Shown here: positions 1 to 9,985 of the stretch, piece after piece | Layout of the letters: each line of letters begins with the position of its first letter | Position numbering within the stretch: the first letter of the stretch is position 1 | Program-made: the position numbers and the translations under genes | Assembly (NCBI GenBank): GCA_903860135.1 | Contig: CAIOPG010000014.1 | Span: 23,180 to 87,179, forward strand | Source: Candidatus Omnitrophota bacterium | GTDB taxonomy: Bacteria > Omnitrophota > Gorgyraeia > Zapsychrales > Fredricksoniimonadaceae | DNA: 64,000 nucleotides | Direction of reading: 5' to 3' | Notes under the pieces: model-generated | Told to the model about the DNA's origin: nothing | What the model saw: only the letters and a program-made list of their open reading frames with translations | Databases searched by the model: none

Positions 1-98
1 TTGAAAAGTAACCTGCAGCGCACTTTTACATATGTCATCTAATATACCCGGAAACAGGACCTCTGTCCAAGGCAATCTTGCCCGGGAACAGCACCGGG

Positions 99-269
99 CT
101 AATCCGGCGAACGCAGCAGGGCCAGCAGCATAAGCCCACCGACCGCAAGGACCGGGCCCAGAAGGCCTCGCAAGATCATCACCAGAAAAAGCCAGTCCTT
201 GAGTGTCAAGCTAACGCCGGCAACAACGAGCCCGAATCCGAAAATGAAAATCGCTATTTTGCTGATCAT
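99..269 (-). CDS. Small two-TM membrane protein, unknown function
   Basis: MISKIAIFIFGFGLVVAG...LALLRSPD; ATG overlaps the upstream TGA (ATGA coupling). Confidence 0.7.
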   Translation of the reverse strand: MISKIAIFIFGFGLVVAGVSLTLKDWLFLVMILRGLLGPVLAVGGLMLLALLRSPD

Positions 270-1222
270 ATTTCCCCCCGTGGTTGCTCCGGGCAAGCGG
301 TCCTTGCCGCGCGTACGACATCATGTTCATTGGGCTCCGCCTTCCAGCGCCGGTGCATCCAGGACCACTGCGCGGGATAGCGTCGCGTAAAAGATTCGAC
401 ACGTGAGGTGATCTCTTGTGTCGCCTTAAGCACCGCCTCCTGCTCGGGCAAAGAACGATCCAGGATAACTGGTTCCAAAACGATCGTCCATCGACGACCG
501 CCCAAAGCTTCTTCCGGGCGGGCAAAAGCCGTTAAGAGCGGCGCCCCGGTCTTCCAGGCATAGATCGCAGGCCCTGCGGCTGTTCCCGCCTTGTGCCCGA
601 AGAAATCAACAAAGATACGCCCTGCGCCGCCATAATTCTGATCGACCGGCATCACCAGCAGCTGATTGTCTTTCAAGGCCTGAAAACAGGCCGTCACACA
701 GCCCCGTAAAGGTGTGCTGTAAATCGGCTGAGGGGCGAACCTTTGAGAATGCGCCAGGAATTCTTCCCGCCAGGCACGGCTTCGCGGGGCGCGCATAACA
801 ACCTTCACTGTGAATTCTTCATAAAGAAAACGCACGAGCATGGCCGCAAACGGCCCAAAATGAGCAATGCCAACAATCGCCCCGCGGCCGGCCGCGTGCG
901 CCGCCTTCACATGTTCCAGCCCTTCCACCCTGAACATATTCAGGCAACGGCCCGGACGGGCGATCACATACACAAACTCAGCCAGGCCAAAGAAAAGATT
1001 GAAAAATGACGCCCGCGCGATGCCCTGCTTAGCCCGCCGAGAAAGCGTGACACCGTAAGCAATGCCCAGGCTCTCCATGGCCTGCCGGCGCAATTTGCGT
1101 GAAGAAAAATACATCCCCCACGCACACGGCCACATAAACGCAAGAAAAAATAACCGGGGAAGAAACCCAAGAAAAGAAAGCAGGCCGATCAAAAAAATAT
1201 GGACAAAAAGACGTACCCCCAA
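266..1222 (-). CDS. Lipid A biosynthesis lauroyl/lysophospholipid acyltransferase (LpxL/HtrB family)
   Basis: VEGLEH, GRGAIV..AHFG, DQ, FVDFFG, PAQWSWMHRRWK motifs; TTG start at 1222 preceded by GGGAGG (ORF track starts at 1270). Confidence 0.85.
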   Translation of the reverse strand: MGVRLFVHIFLIGLLSFLGFLPRLFFLAFMWPCAWGMYFSSRKLRRQAMESLGIAYGVTLSRRAKQGIARASFFNLFFGLAEFVYVIARPGRCLNMFRVEGLEHVKAAHAAGRGAIVGIAHFGPFAAMLVRFLYEEFTVKVVMRAPRSRAWREEFLAHSQRFAPQPIYSTPLRGCVTACFQALKDNQLLVMPVDQNYGGAGRIFVDFFGHKAGTAAGPAIYAWKTGAPLLTAFARPEEALGGRRWTIVLEPVILDRSLPEQEAVLKATQEITSRVESFTRRYPAQWSWMHRRWKAEPNEHDVVRAARTACPEQPRGEI

Positions 1223-1223
1223 C

Positions 1224-2783
1224 TCAAACCTCCCGGGTCTCTTGATTTTGCCGGATACAAGGCACGGCATAACGGCATTTAAAAAACACGGACAATCCCA
1301 ACACGATCAAAAAGCACAACCCCGCAAAAACATCCCCGTGCTGTGTATAAAATGTTCTCCTGTGGCTCTCCGGCACTATATCAACAACAGCAACCCCCTC
1401 GGCCATCACGGAACGCCCCGCCGCATCGACCGCGCAACCGCTGACGACGCCCGCCGGAGAAATCGCACAGGTCATGCCTGTGTTGGTCGCCCGCACGAGC
1501 GGCACCCCGTTCTCTACAGCCCGAAAAACAGCATTATTCAGATGCATCCGCGACTGCCTTGACGCCTTGAACCAGGCATCATTGGTCAGGTTGACCAAAA
1601 ACCCCGCGCCATCTTTCACGGCCAGACGGGCCAGGTCAGGCAGTGTGTCTTCAAAACAGATCAACGGTGCAAAAAAGACAGGCTCCCCGGCCGCAGCGGG
1701 CATCAACCCCATGATACCCCGCCCTGTCCCGGGTGTAAAATCATCAATGGGCACCAGTCGTTCGAGCAAAGGGAATGCCTTGCGCAACGGGATATATTCT
1801 CCCAAAAGAACAAGATGCTGTTTGCTATAAGTCGACGACAAAACTCCGTTCTCATTGATCAGGAGCGCCGAATTGAAATATTTCCCGCCATTACGCGTCA
1901 CCGCACCAGCCAGAAGCTGCACATGATTTTCCCTGGCAAAGTCACAAACCTTTTCAAAAAGAGCGGGATACTCCCAGATAAACGCCGGGAACGCGCTCTC
2001 GGGCCAAACGATCATCTGCGGCCCCTGGCGCATCGCCTCGCGGCTCAACGCCAGATGCTTTTCAACAATAGCCACTTTCAAGAGAGGATTGGCATAATCA
2101 GCCAACGCGATATTGGGCTGGATCAACGCCACCCGAAAAGACTCGCGTCCGGCCATCTTCTTGTCGCCGCCTAAAACATATTTCCAACCCATGCCTGCAA
2201 CCACCATCAACACCAGAACGAGTGTCACCCCCGCCAAAAGCCGGGGAACTTTCTCCCGACGCCAGGTCACATGCACCCATCGGGCAATCACCACATTCAC
2301 GACCAGAACAGCCCATGAAACCCCATACACACCGGTAACATTCGCCATTTGGATCAACGGGATGTTGGCGCTTTGGGTGTGCGCTAACGCCGCCCAGCCG
2401 AATCCGGTAAACAGATGGGCACGGATATATTCAAGGGCAGTCCACAGGGCAGGTAGAAAAACCAGCCGGACACCCCACGCCCACGACGAAGACCAGGCAA
2501 CACCGGCAGAAAAGAAACCCCAGTAAAGCGCCAAATAAGCAGACAACAGCAGTAAACCGATGACCGTCACATGCCCGATCCAGAAAAGGGCGGTCACAAA
2601 GAACAAAGAACCAGCAGTATAACCGCGTAAGAAAGAGCCCTTGACCGCACCCTCCTCGGCAACGAGGATCAACGGAACAAGGGCTACGAACGCAAGGCAC
2701 GCAAACTGCCCCGCAGGAAAACTGCACGCGCAGAGAGCCGCCGCCGCAACGCCCCCTGACAGCCGCTTTATTTCCCGCAACAT
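1224..2783 (-). CDS. lnt: Apolipoprotein N-acyltransferase
   Basis: Multi-TM N-terminus, QPNI, WPESA, K..LVLLGEY, ICFE, NDAWF, RATNTG. Confidence 0.95.
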   Translation of the reverse strand: MLREIKRLSGGVAAAALCACSFPAGQFACLAFVALVPLILVAEEGAVKGSFLRGYTAGSLFFVTALFWIGHVTVIGLLLLSAYLALYWGFFSAGVAWSSSWAWGVRLVFLPALWTALEYIRAHLFTGFGWAALAHTQSANIPLIQMANVTGVYGVSWAVLVVNVVIARWVHVTWRREKVPRLLAGVTLVLVLMVVAGMGWKYVLGGDKKMAGRESFRVALIQPNIALADYANPLLKVAIVEKHLALSREAMRQGPQMIVWPESAFPAFIWEYPALFEKVCDFARENHVQLLAGAVTRNGGKYFNSALLINENGVLSSTYSKQHLVLLGEYIPLRKAFPLLERLVPIDDFTPGTGRGIMGLMPAAAGEPVFFAPLICFEDTLPDLARLAVKDGAGFLVNLTNDAWFKASRQSRMHLNNAVFRAVENGVPLVRATNTGMTCAISPAGVVSGCAVDAAGRSVMAEGVAVVDIVPESHRRTFYTQHGDVFAGLCFLIVLGLSVFFKCRYAVPCIRQNQETREV

Positions 2784-5758
2784 TTCTTGTACTTTTTCCC
2801 GCTGCCACAAGGGCAATCATCATTGCGCCCGGTCTTGCGCTGACCCGCCGACGGCAAATGCGCCTCGGGCAGGCGGTATTCAGGCCGAGGTCTGGCTTCA
2901 GGAGCTTGATCGCCCGAGGAAGCCGCCTGCAATGTTCCGGTCATACCGGAAAAGTCATGGTGTACCAGCTCCTGCTGGGCGCCGAAAACACTGCGCACAT
3001 GCGGCTCGTGCTCAATGGGGCGAAGCTTGAAAATAAGTTCGGCAACATCCACATGGATGCTGTCAAACATAGCCCGGAACATATGGTACCCCTCCCGCTT
3101 GAACTCAACCAGCGGATCTCTTTGGCCCAGGGCGCGCAGACCCACGCCTTCTTTCAAATGATCCATGGCATAAAGATGTTCTTTCCACTTGGAATCAATG
3201 GTATGCAGAAGGAACATTCGCTCCAAATGCCTGATCTGGCTTATCCCCATATCCTGTTCTTTGGCCGCATACAAACGGGCTAGCTCAATGCCAACCATTT
3301 CAATGACCTCACCCACAGGGGCTGTTTCGAGCAGGGCACGATGCCTTTCAATGTCCAGCCCGAAGCGGCTATAAAGATACTGGATCAACCCCTCACCATC
3401 ACGCGCCTTGTTACCCTCTGTTATCAAATGACGACGGATCACTTCCTCAGCCGTTGACTGGAGGGCTTCCATGATCAGCTCCCGCGTGTCATCACCGTCA
3501 ATGATCGAACGGCGCATATTATAGATGACTTCGCGCTGGCGGTTCATGGTCGTATCATATTCCAGGAGCTGTTTGCGGATCTCAAAATTGTAATTCTCGA
3601 CGCGTTTCTGCGCCACTTCAAGCGCACGGCTCACCAGCGGCGACTCGATCATCTCGCCCTCGGCAAATCCAAAACGATCCATCATCATGCGGATACGGTC
3701 CCCCGCAAAGAGGCGCATGAGATCATCCTCGAGAGAAACATAGAAACGCGACGAACCCGGATCACCCTGACGGCCCGAACGGCCGCGCAGCTGATTGTCG
3801 ATACGGCGTGATTCATGACGCTCGGTACCAATGATGTGCAAGCCGCCCGCCGCTACAACCTTGTCATGCTCCTGCTTGACCTGGTCGCGGAACTGCCGGA
3901 TGAACTGATCCACCAGCTGTTCTTGCGGCAGGATCTCGGTGCGGTCTTTGGCTGCCGCCACGGTCTTTTCAGCCGCCAGCGCCCTGGCCATGAATTCCGC
4001 ATTGCCGCCGAGCATGATATCCGTCCCGCGGCCGGCCATATTGGTGGCGATCGTGACCGCCTGGTAACGCCCGGCCTGGGCCACGATCGACGCTTCAAGG
4101 CCGTGAAACTTGGCGTTCAAAACCTGATGCTTGACCCCTCGTGCTTTCAGAAGCCTGGCCAGGAATTCGGAACGTTCGATGGAAACGGTACCCACCAGGA
4201 CCGGTTGCCCTTTGGCATAACAGCCCTCGATCTCCTTGACCACGGCCTCATACTTTTCCTTGACGGTGCGAAAAATACAATCCGGATGATTGATACGGCT
4301 CAACGGTTTATTCGTCGGCAGAACAATGACTTCGAGGTTATAGATCTGTTTGAACTCGTTGGCTTCGGTGTAAGCTGTACCGGTCATGCCCGAAAGCTTC
4401 TTGTACATGCGGAAATAATTCTGGAACGTGATCGTGGCCAGCGTCTGGTTCTCGCGCTCGATCTTGATGCCCTCCCTGGCTTCGACCGCCTGGTGAAGCC
4501 CGTCCGACCAGCGCCGGCCCGGCATCATACGCCCGGTAAATTCATCCACAATGATAACCTTGCCGTCCTTGACCACATAATCCGTATCCAGATGGAAGAA
4601 TTCCTTGGCGCGCAGGGACTGCAGGATGTGATGGCGGTATTCCACGGTCTCCATATCATGAAGATTGGCGACCCCAAACATCTGCGCCCCTTTTTCCTCG
4701 CCAGCCTCGGTCAGGGAAATCGATTTCGCCTTCTCATCAGCGACATAATCATACCCCTTGCCCAAGTCCTCGCCGCGGTGCTTGGCATCGATCTCTTCCG
4801 CCTCGGTCACGCGCCGGCCTTTAAGTTCCAGCGAAATATTGTGCGCCCTGTAATACTTGTCGGTGGATTCCTCAGCTGGGCCTGAAATGATCAGCGGCGT
4901 CCGCGCCTCGTCCACAAGGATGCTGTCCACTTCGTCCACGACCGCAAAACAATGGCCGCGCTGAACCATCTCCTCCTTGAACATGACCATATTGTCACGC
5001 AGATAATCAAACCCGAATTCGTTGTTGGTCCCGTACGTGATGTCGTGCCCGTAAGCTTCCTTGCGCTGGGCAGGCTCCATGTCGTGCTGGATACACCCGA
5101 CGCTCAGGCCAAGGAATTCATACAGCGGTCCCATCCAGTCCCTGTCGCGTCTGGCCAGGTAATCGTTGACCGTCACCACATGCACACCATCGCCGGGCAG
5201 AGCGTTCAGATACGCCGGAAGGGTGGCCACCAGCGTCTTACCTTCGCCGGTGGTCATTTCCGCGATGTTGCCGTAATGGAGCGTCATGCCACCGATCATC
5301 TGCACATCGTAATGGCGCATACCCAATAGCCGCCGGCTCGCCTCACGCACCAGGGCAAACGCCTCGGGAAGAATATCGTTCAGGGCAAACTGCGTCGCTT
5401 TAAAAAGATCTTTCTCTGCCTGCTTGACCGCATCCCTTGTGCTTTGACGTTCATCGATATTCGCCGCATGCTGATGGGCGTCGATAGCCCTGGTCAGCGC
5501 GGCCTTCTCAACGGCGATCATGCCATAAAGGCGCGAGCGGAACTGAGGTGTGGCCCGTTGCAATTCCACATTCGAAAGCTTTTCCATCGTCGCTTCAAGC
5601 GCATTGATCCGGGCTACCGTCGGAGCCAGTCGCCTGACTTCGTGCACCGAAGGCAGCGGCGAATCCTCATGGATGTGCGCATTGACGGCAGGCTTCAGCC
5701 GGAGGATCGCGGCCCTGGCACTGCTGATAACAGGTTTACGGATGATCATATCGAGCAT
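2768..5758 (-). CDS. secA: Preprotein translocase ATPase SecA
   Basis: MTTGEGKT, DEVDSILVDEARTPLIIS, ATNMAGRGTDI, RRIDNQLRGRSGRQGDPG, SEC-C CPCGSGKKYKKCCG. Confidence 0.99.
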   Translation of the reverse strand: MLDMIIRKPVISSARAAILRLKPAVNAHIHEDSPLPSVHEVRRLAPTVARINALEATMEKLSNVELQRATPQFRSRLYGMIAVEKAALTRAIDAHQHAANIDERQSTRDAVKQAEKDLFKATQFALNDILPEAFALVREASRRLLGMRHYDVQMIGGMTLHYGNIAEMTTGEGKTLVATLPAYLNALPGDGVHVVTVNDYLARRDRDWMGPLYEFLGLSVGCIQHDMEPAQRKEAYGHDITYGTNNEFGFDYLRDNMVMFKEEMVQRGHCFAVVDEVDSILVDEARTPLIISGPAEESTDKYYRAHNISLELKGRRVTEAEEIDAKHRGEDLGKGYDYVADEKAKSISLTEAGEEKGAQMFGVANLHDMETVEYRHHILQSLRAKEFFHLDTDYVVKDGKVIIVDEFTGRMMPGRRWSDGLHQAVEAREGIKIERENQTLATITFQNYFRMYKKLSGMTGTAYTEANEFKQIYNLEVIVLPTNKPLSRINHPDCIFRTVKEKYEAVVKEIEGCYAKGQPVLVGTVSIERSEFLARLLKARGVKHQVLNAKFHGLEASIVAQAGRYQAVTIATNMAGRGTDIMLGGNAEFMARALAAEKTVAAAKDRTEILPQEQLVDQFIRQFRDQVKQEHDKVVAAGGLHIIGTERHESRRIDNQLRGRSGRQGDPGSSRFYVSLEDDLMRLFAGDRIRMMMDRFGFAEGEMIESPLVSRALEVAQKRVENYNFEIRKQLLEYDTTMNRQREVIYNMRRSIIDGDDTRELIMEALQSTAEEVIRRHLITEGNKARDGEGLIQYLYSRFGLDIERHRALLETAPVGEVIEMVGIELARLYAAKEQDMGISQIRHLERMFLLHTIDSKWKEHLYAMDHLKEGVGLRALGQRDPLVEFKREGYHMFRAMFDSIHVDVAELIFKLRPIEHEPHVRSVFGAQQELVHHDFSGMTGTLQAASSGDQAPEARPRPEYRLPEAHLPSAGQRKTGRNDDCPCGSGKKYKKCCGK

Positions 5759-5777
5759 AAGGGTATCCTTTTTTCGG

Positions 5778-6876
5778 TTATTTCCCGTCAGGCCTCATTT
5801 TCAGGAAAGCCTCGATGAACATATCAATATCGCCGTCCATCACCTTCTGGACATTGCTGGTCTCGGCGTCGGTGCGATGGTCCTTGACCATCTGGTAAGG
5901 TTGCATGACATAAGAACGGATCTGACTGCCCCATTCGATCTTCTGCTTCTGGCCCGACTCGGCGGCAAGCTTGTCGTCCATCGCCTGCTGTTTGAGCTCA
6001 AAAAGCTTGGCTTTCAACACCCGCATGCAGCGCGCCTTGTTCTGCAGTTGGGAACGTTCCACCTGGCTCTGCGTGACAAACCCCGTCGGCATATGGGTAA
6101 TACGCACGGCTGAATCTGCCGTATTGACGCTCTGGCCGCCGGGACCGGAAGAACGGAACACATCGACCTTGAGGTCATCGGGATTGATCTCGACCTCAAC
6201 ATCATCTTCGATCTCGGGGATCACATCAAACGAGGCAAACGACGTGTGCCGGCGCTTGTTGGAATCAAACGGAGAAATGCGCACCAGCCGGTGCACCCCT
6301 TTTTCCGTTTTCAAATAACCATAGGCTTTCGCGCCTTCGACACGGAAAGAGACATTCTTGATCCCCGCCTCTTCGCCGTGAAGGATATCAAAGACCTCGA
6401 CCTTATACCCTTTGTCCTCAGCCCAGCGCGTGTAGAGGCGGAACAGCATGCCTGTCCAATCGCACGATTCGGTGCCGCCAGCGCCGGAATTCAGGCTGAC
6501 AATGGCATTGCACTGATCGTAAGGCCCGGACAACAAGGTTTGAATTTCTAGTTTGGCCACCACCGGCACAAGGGCCGCGATATCCGCCTCGATCTGGCGC
6601 TCCATGGCCTCATCGCCCTCGGAGAGCTCCAATAACTCGCGCGCATCAGCGATCAGACGCTCGGCAGACATCAAAGGGTCAACCGACGCCTTCCAGCCCT
6701 TCAGTTCCTTGATGAGACGGTTGGCCGCATCCTGGTTGCTCCAGAAATCGGAAGCTGACATGCGGTCCTCGGCTTCACGGATACGCTGTAAAAGGACAGG
6801 CAGGTCAAAGAAACCCCCTGAGGTCGGAAACTTTCTGGTCGAGCTCCTTGATCTTGCGCAACAATAATTCGTTCAT
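5778..6876 (-). CDS. prfB: Peptide chain release factor 2 (programmed +1 frameshift)
   Basis: SPF and GGQ motifs; 5' segment MNELLLRKIKELDQKVSDLRGFL ends at CTT-TGA-C and resumes +1 as DLPVLLQRIREAEDRMSASDFW. Confidence 0.97.
6804..6819 (-). promoter_or_regulatory. prfB +1 frameshift site
   Basis: Minus strand AGGGGG-TTT-CTT-TGA-C: internal SD-like sequence plus canonical slippery site. Confidence 0.95.
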
Positions 6877-6915
6877 GTTTTCTCCAGAAGACACGGAACG
6901 GTCACAGACCGTTCC

Positions 6916-7992
6916 CTACACATTAAACCTGAAATAAACGACGTCGCCTTCTTGCATCAAATAATCTTTACCCTCCAGCGTCACCTTGCGGGCTTCCTGA
7001 ACGGCCTTGTACGATCCGAGTTCAACGATGTCCTTATAACGGTAGATCTCCGCCCGGATAAAACCACGTTCAATATCCGAATGGATCTTGCCTGCGGCCT
7101 TGACCGCCCGTGTTCCCTGCGGCACGAGCCACGCCCGTGTTTCCTGATGCCCGGCGGTAAAGAAACAGGCCAGCCCCAACAGGTCACGCCCGGCCTGCGC
7201 CAGCCGCGCCAAGCCTGGGGTTCCGATGCCTGCCGCATCATAATATTCCTTACGCTCTTCGGGCGACAGCTGAACCACTTCCGCTTCAAATTTGGTGCAC
7301 AACGGCACGATCGCCGCGCCTTCTTTAGCCGCCCGCGCCCGCAACGGCGCCATCAGGGCCTCATCGGGATCACCCTCGGCCGTATTGGCCACATACATCA
7401 CAGGCTTTCCCGTAATAAACTGGAATTCCCGCGCCAGTTCCTTGTCGACATGCTGCATGCGCACCGGGATACCCTGGTCAAGCCCTTTTAATACCGCCTC
7501 GAGTACCTCGCATTTTTCCTTGGCTTCCTTATCCCCGCATTTGGCCGGACGCAGCCATTTATCATAGGCCTTCTGCGCTTGCTGAAGATCTGACAGGATA
7601 AGTTCCGTTTCAATGATGTCCGCCGCTTCGAGCGGATCGAGCGTGTTCATCACGTTAACCACATTGTCATCCCTGAAACAGCGCACCACATGCGCGATGG
7701 CATCGACCGAACGGATATTCCCCAGGAACTGGTTGCCCAGCCCCTCGCCCTTGCTGGCCCCCTTAACAAGCCCCGCGATATCCACAAACCGGATCGCCGC
7801 CGGCGTGATCTTGGTCGACCCGCCAAACTCATCGGACAGGCGCGTCAAACGCTCATCGGGAATCGGCACAACGCCGACATTGGGCTCAATGGTCGTAAAC
7901 GGAAAATTCGACGCCGCCGCCGCCGCGCCGGTCAAGGCATTAAACAACGTGGACTTACCCACATTAGGCAGTCCCACAATCCCGATCTCCAT
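6916..7992 (-). CDS. ychF: Ribosome-binding ATPase YchF
   Basis: GIVGLPNVGKSTLFN, FPFTTIEPN, DIAGLVKGAS.GEGLGNQFL, EGKDY..QEGDV..FRFNV. Confidence 0.98.
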   Translation of the reverse strand: MEIGIVGLPNVGKSTLFNALTGAAAAASNFPFTTIEPNVGVVPIPDERLTRLSDEFGGSTKITPAAIRFVDIAGLVKGASKGEGLGNQFLGNIRSVDAIAHVVRCFRDDNVVNVMNTLDPLEAADIIETELILSDLQQAQKAYDKWLRPAKCGDKEAKEKCEVLEAVLKGLDQGIPVRMQHVDKELAREFQFITGKPVMYVANTAEGDPDEALMAPLRARAAKEGAAIVPLCTKFEAEVVQLSPEERKEYYDAAGIGTPGLARLAQAGRDLLGLACFFTAGHQETRAWLVPQGTRAVKAAGKIHSDIERGFIRAEIYRYKDIVELGSYKAVQEARKVTLEGKDYLMQEGDVVYFRFNV

Positions 7993-8167
7993 GAAGCTCC
8001 TTTAGTATAATAGATAGAAAATTTGGTATATATTACTTGTTCGAAGGGAATCTGTCGATGTTTTTTATAAAGGTCGCTCATTGGATTAAACAGCCAATAA
8101 AAATACCCACCCTCTACAGCCACCCGTGTAACCACAACATCTTTAACAACAAGCACTTCCACCCCAA

Positions 8168-8332
8168 TCAAAACCCCTTCGCGCGCAGGGCGTCGGCGAT
8201 GGCTTTTCGCTCAGGTGTCATGAGCTTGGCATTAAAGGCCATCCGGCGCGTCATGCTTTTTAATTTCTCGATCGCCGGCACTGCCATATATTTCTTCAAC
8301 CGCTCTTCATCAATCCCGCTTTTTTGACGCAT
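8168..8332 (-). CDS. Small basic protein, probable partner of the upstream nucleotidyltransferase
   Basis: MRQKSGIDEERLKKYMAVPAIEKLKSM...; overlaps 3' end of 8310-8825. Confidence 0.55.
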   Translation of the reverse strand: MRQKSGIDEERLKKYMAVPAIEKLKSMTRRMAFNAKLMTPERKAIADALRAKGF

Positions 8333-8825
8333 ATCGCCGGATCCTTCCAATGGCTTCAAGGGCTTCAATGTCAATCATATCTGTTTTACGGCCGGCTTTC
8401 TTTTTCATCCGAATTAAATCCGGGATCGATATCAAAGATATAACCATATCTCCCGTCTTAACATCCTCACGCCGCCGATAAGCTTGGCTAAAGTTTATAT
8501 CATCAACGATCAGAATATCAACATGCTCAAACTCAAGTTCAGGATTATAAACGCTAAAAACCAGCATATTCTTTTCTTCAATCCAAACACGCCTTTTTTC
8601 AGGATCCGCGAAATCATCCAACGAAACAGGCAACCTTGGTTTAAACCCAATGACCTTGATCGCCTGAACAAGCCTCTTCACATCCGCCGTTTTCAAAGAA
8701 ACCAGAATATCCAAATCCCCTGTGGCACGATCATAACCATGCAAATTCACAGCCATGCCCCCAACAACAAGATAAGGAACCTTGCCCCGATGCAATTCTC
8801 TTAATAGCTTCTCACAATAAAACAT
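8310..8825 (-). CDS. Pol-beta superfamily nucleotidyltransferase
   Basis: YLVVGGMAVNLHG..RATGDLD, LIRMK..AGR..D..DIEAL. Confidence 0.8.
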   Translation of the reverse strand: MFYCEKLLRELHRGKVPYLVVGGMAVNLHGYDRATGDLDILVSLKTADVKRLVQAIKVIGFKPRLPVSLDDFADPEKRRVWIEEKNMLVFSVYNPELEFEHVDILIVDDINFSQAYRRREDVKTGDMVISLISIPDLIRMKKKAGRKTDMIDIEALEAIGRIRRYASKKRD

Positions 8826-9048
8826 ACTCGTACCTATCCCGTTTGTATAAAAACATGCACTGTTATTTCAACCGGCCTTTTGCACTCACAGCCTTATCGT
8901 CGATGAAAGACAAAGTTTAACATGCATTACCTCATGTTATTGAAAAATGCGGGTTAAGAATTCGAGAGAAAGGCACGTGTCAATTTCAACAAAATGATGT
9001 GGGAAAAACTTGACCATCAACGTTCCTTCGCTATTAATTCTTGCGCCA

Positions 9049-9312
9049 CTATCGCGAGAATCTTCTTCCCATAAATAGGCCAACCTTAACAACATAAACG
9101 ATCAGGACATCATTCTCGATCAAATATAAAATTTGGTAATTCCCGCACCGGATCCGATACTTCTCCTGCCCTGATAGTTTCTTGCCATCACCAGAACGCG
9201 GATCATTCGCCAATGACCTGATCTTTTCCAGGACGGACAGGATATCTTTTCGCGGCAATGACTCAATTTCCTTGACCGCCGCGCGCTTGATCTCAACCTT
9301 ATATTTTGCCAT
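9049..9312 (-). CDS. RelE/StbE family toxin (C-terminus atypical)
   Basis: YKVEIKRAAVKEI..LP, DPR..KKLSG..YRIRCGNYQILY.I....IVYVVKVG. Confidence 0.85.
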   Translation of the reverse strand: MAKYKVEIKRAAVKEIESLPRKDILSVLEKIRSLANDPRSGDGKKLSGQEKYRIRCGNYQILYLIENDVLIVYVVKVGLFMGRRFSR

Positions 9313-9535
9313 CGGCCTTCAACTTCTTCAGCAAGGTTTCAAATGAAATTGCCGGTTCTTTCGCTCGCTCTTTAAACGCATTCAGGTCTTCCTGATCCTC
9401 GGCAAGTTCGTGAAGCAGGGCATCATGGATAATATCAGATACCGACTGCTCGGTTTCCAAGGCCTTAACTTTTAAAATATGATGTATCCCCGGATCGAGA
9501 TAAACCGTTGCCCTTTTTGTCAATGTCGACGCCAT
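9299..9535 (-). CDS. Ribbon-helix-helix (CopG-like) antitoxin
   Basis: KRATVYLDP..H..LK.KA.E...SVSDII..AL, acidic EDQEDL, ISFE.LLKKLK; GGAGG RBS; overlaps relE. Confidence 0.85.
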   Translation of the reverse strand: MASTLTKRATVYLDPGIHHILKVKALETEQSVSDIIHDALLHELAEDQEDLNAFKERAKEPAISFETLLKKLKADGKI

Positions 9536-9558
9536 AAACACCTCCTGTGTGCATCACA

Positions 9559-9587
9559 ATCCTAACACAACAACGTCATAACGTCAA
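9559..9587 (-). promoter_or_regulatory. Sigma70 promoter of the RHH-relE operon, with repeated ACGTCA/ACGCCA operator-like motifs
   Basis: Minus strand TTGACG-N17-TAGGAT. Confidence 0.6.
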
Positions 9588-9630
9588 GACGCCATGAGAT
9601 TCACTCAAATCCATTTTTATCCCTCAGCTT
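9584..9630. repeat. Degenerate copy of the uvrC 3' end and downstream bases
   Basis: TCAAGACGCCATGAGATTCACTCAAA matches 10789-10814 at 25 of 26 nt; minus strand reads SKLRDKNGFE* versus RQLRGKKVFE* in uvrC. Confidence 0.8.
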
Positions 9631-9754
9631 GCTGAGTCATCAGCTCCAAAAAATATTTTGCCTTATCGTCGCGTTATGTTAATCTACCAATGGTTTGAGC
9701 TCATGAACATTTACAATGTAATTCCAAGAATTATTCTTATCAAAAGGAAGCTTG

Positions 9755-9985
9755 ATGTCACCTGCATTAAAAGACTTTGAAACACGCGCCCTTAAACTCC
9801 CGGCAAAAGACCGCGCCAAACTGGCGGTTCATTTAATAGCAAGCCTCGACAATATGGCTCCGGCTGAAAATGAACATCTCTGGGCTAAAGAAGCTGACCG
9901 CAGATACAAAGCCTATAAAGCCGGACAGATGAGCGCACGCGCCGCTGACGACGTACTTGCCGATATCCGCAAAACATTTAAATGA
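9755..9985 (+). CDS. Addiction-module antitoxin (TIGR02574-like)
   Basis: ALKLP..DRA.LA..LI.SLD......W..EA.RR..AY..G. Confidence 0.85.
   Translation: MSPALKDFETRALKLPAKDRAKLAVHLIASLDNMAPAENEHLWAKEADRRYKAYKAGQMSARAADDVLADIRKTFK

Noticed and set aside
8891-9671. 12-bp direct repeat GCCTTATCGTCG at 8891 and 9660 as a second att pair
   Set aside because: Too short to separate from chance without comparative data, though it brackets the RHH-relE unit
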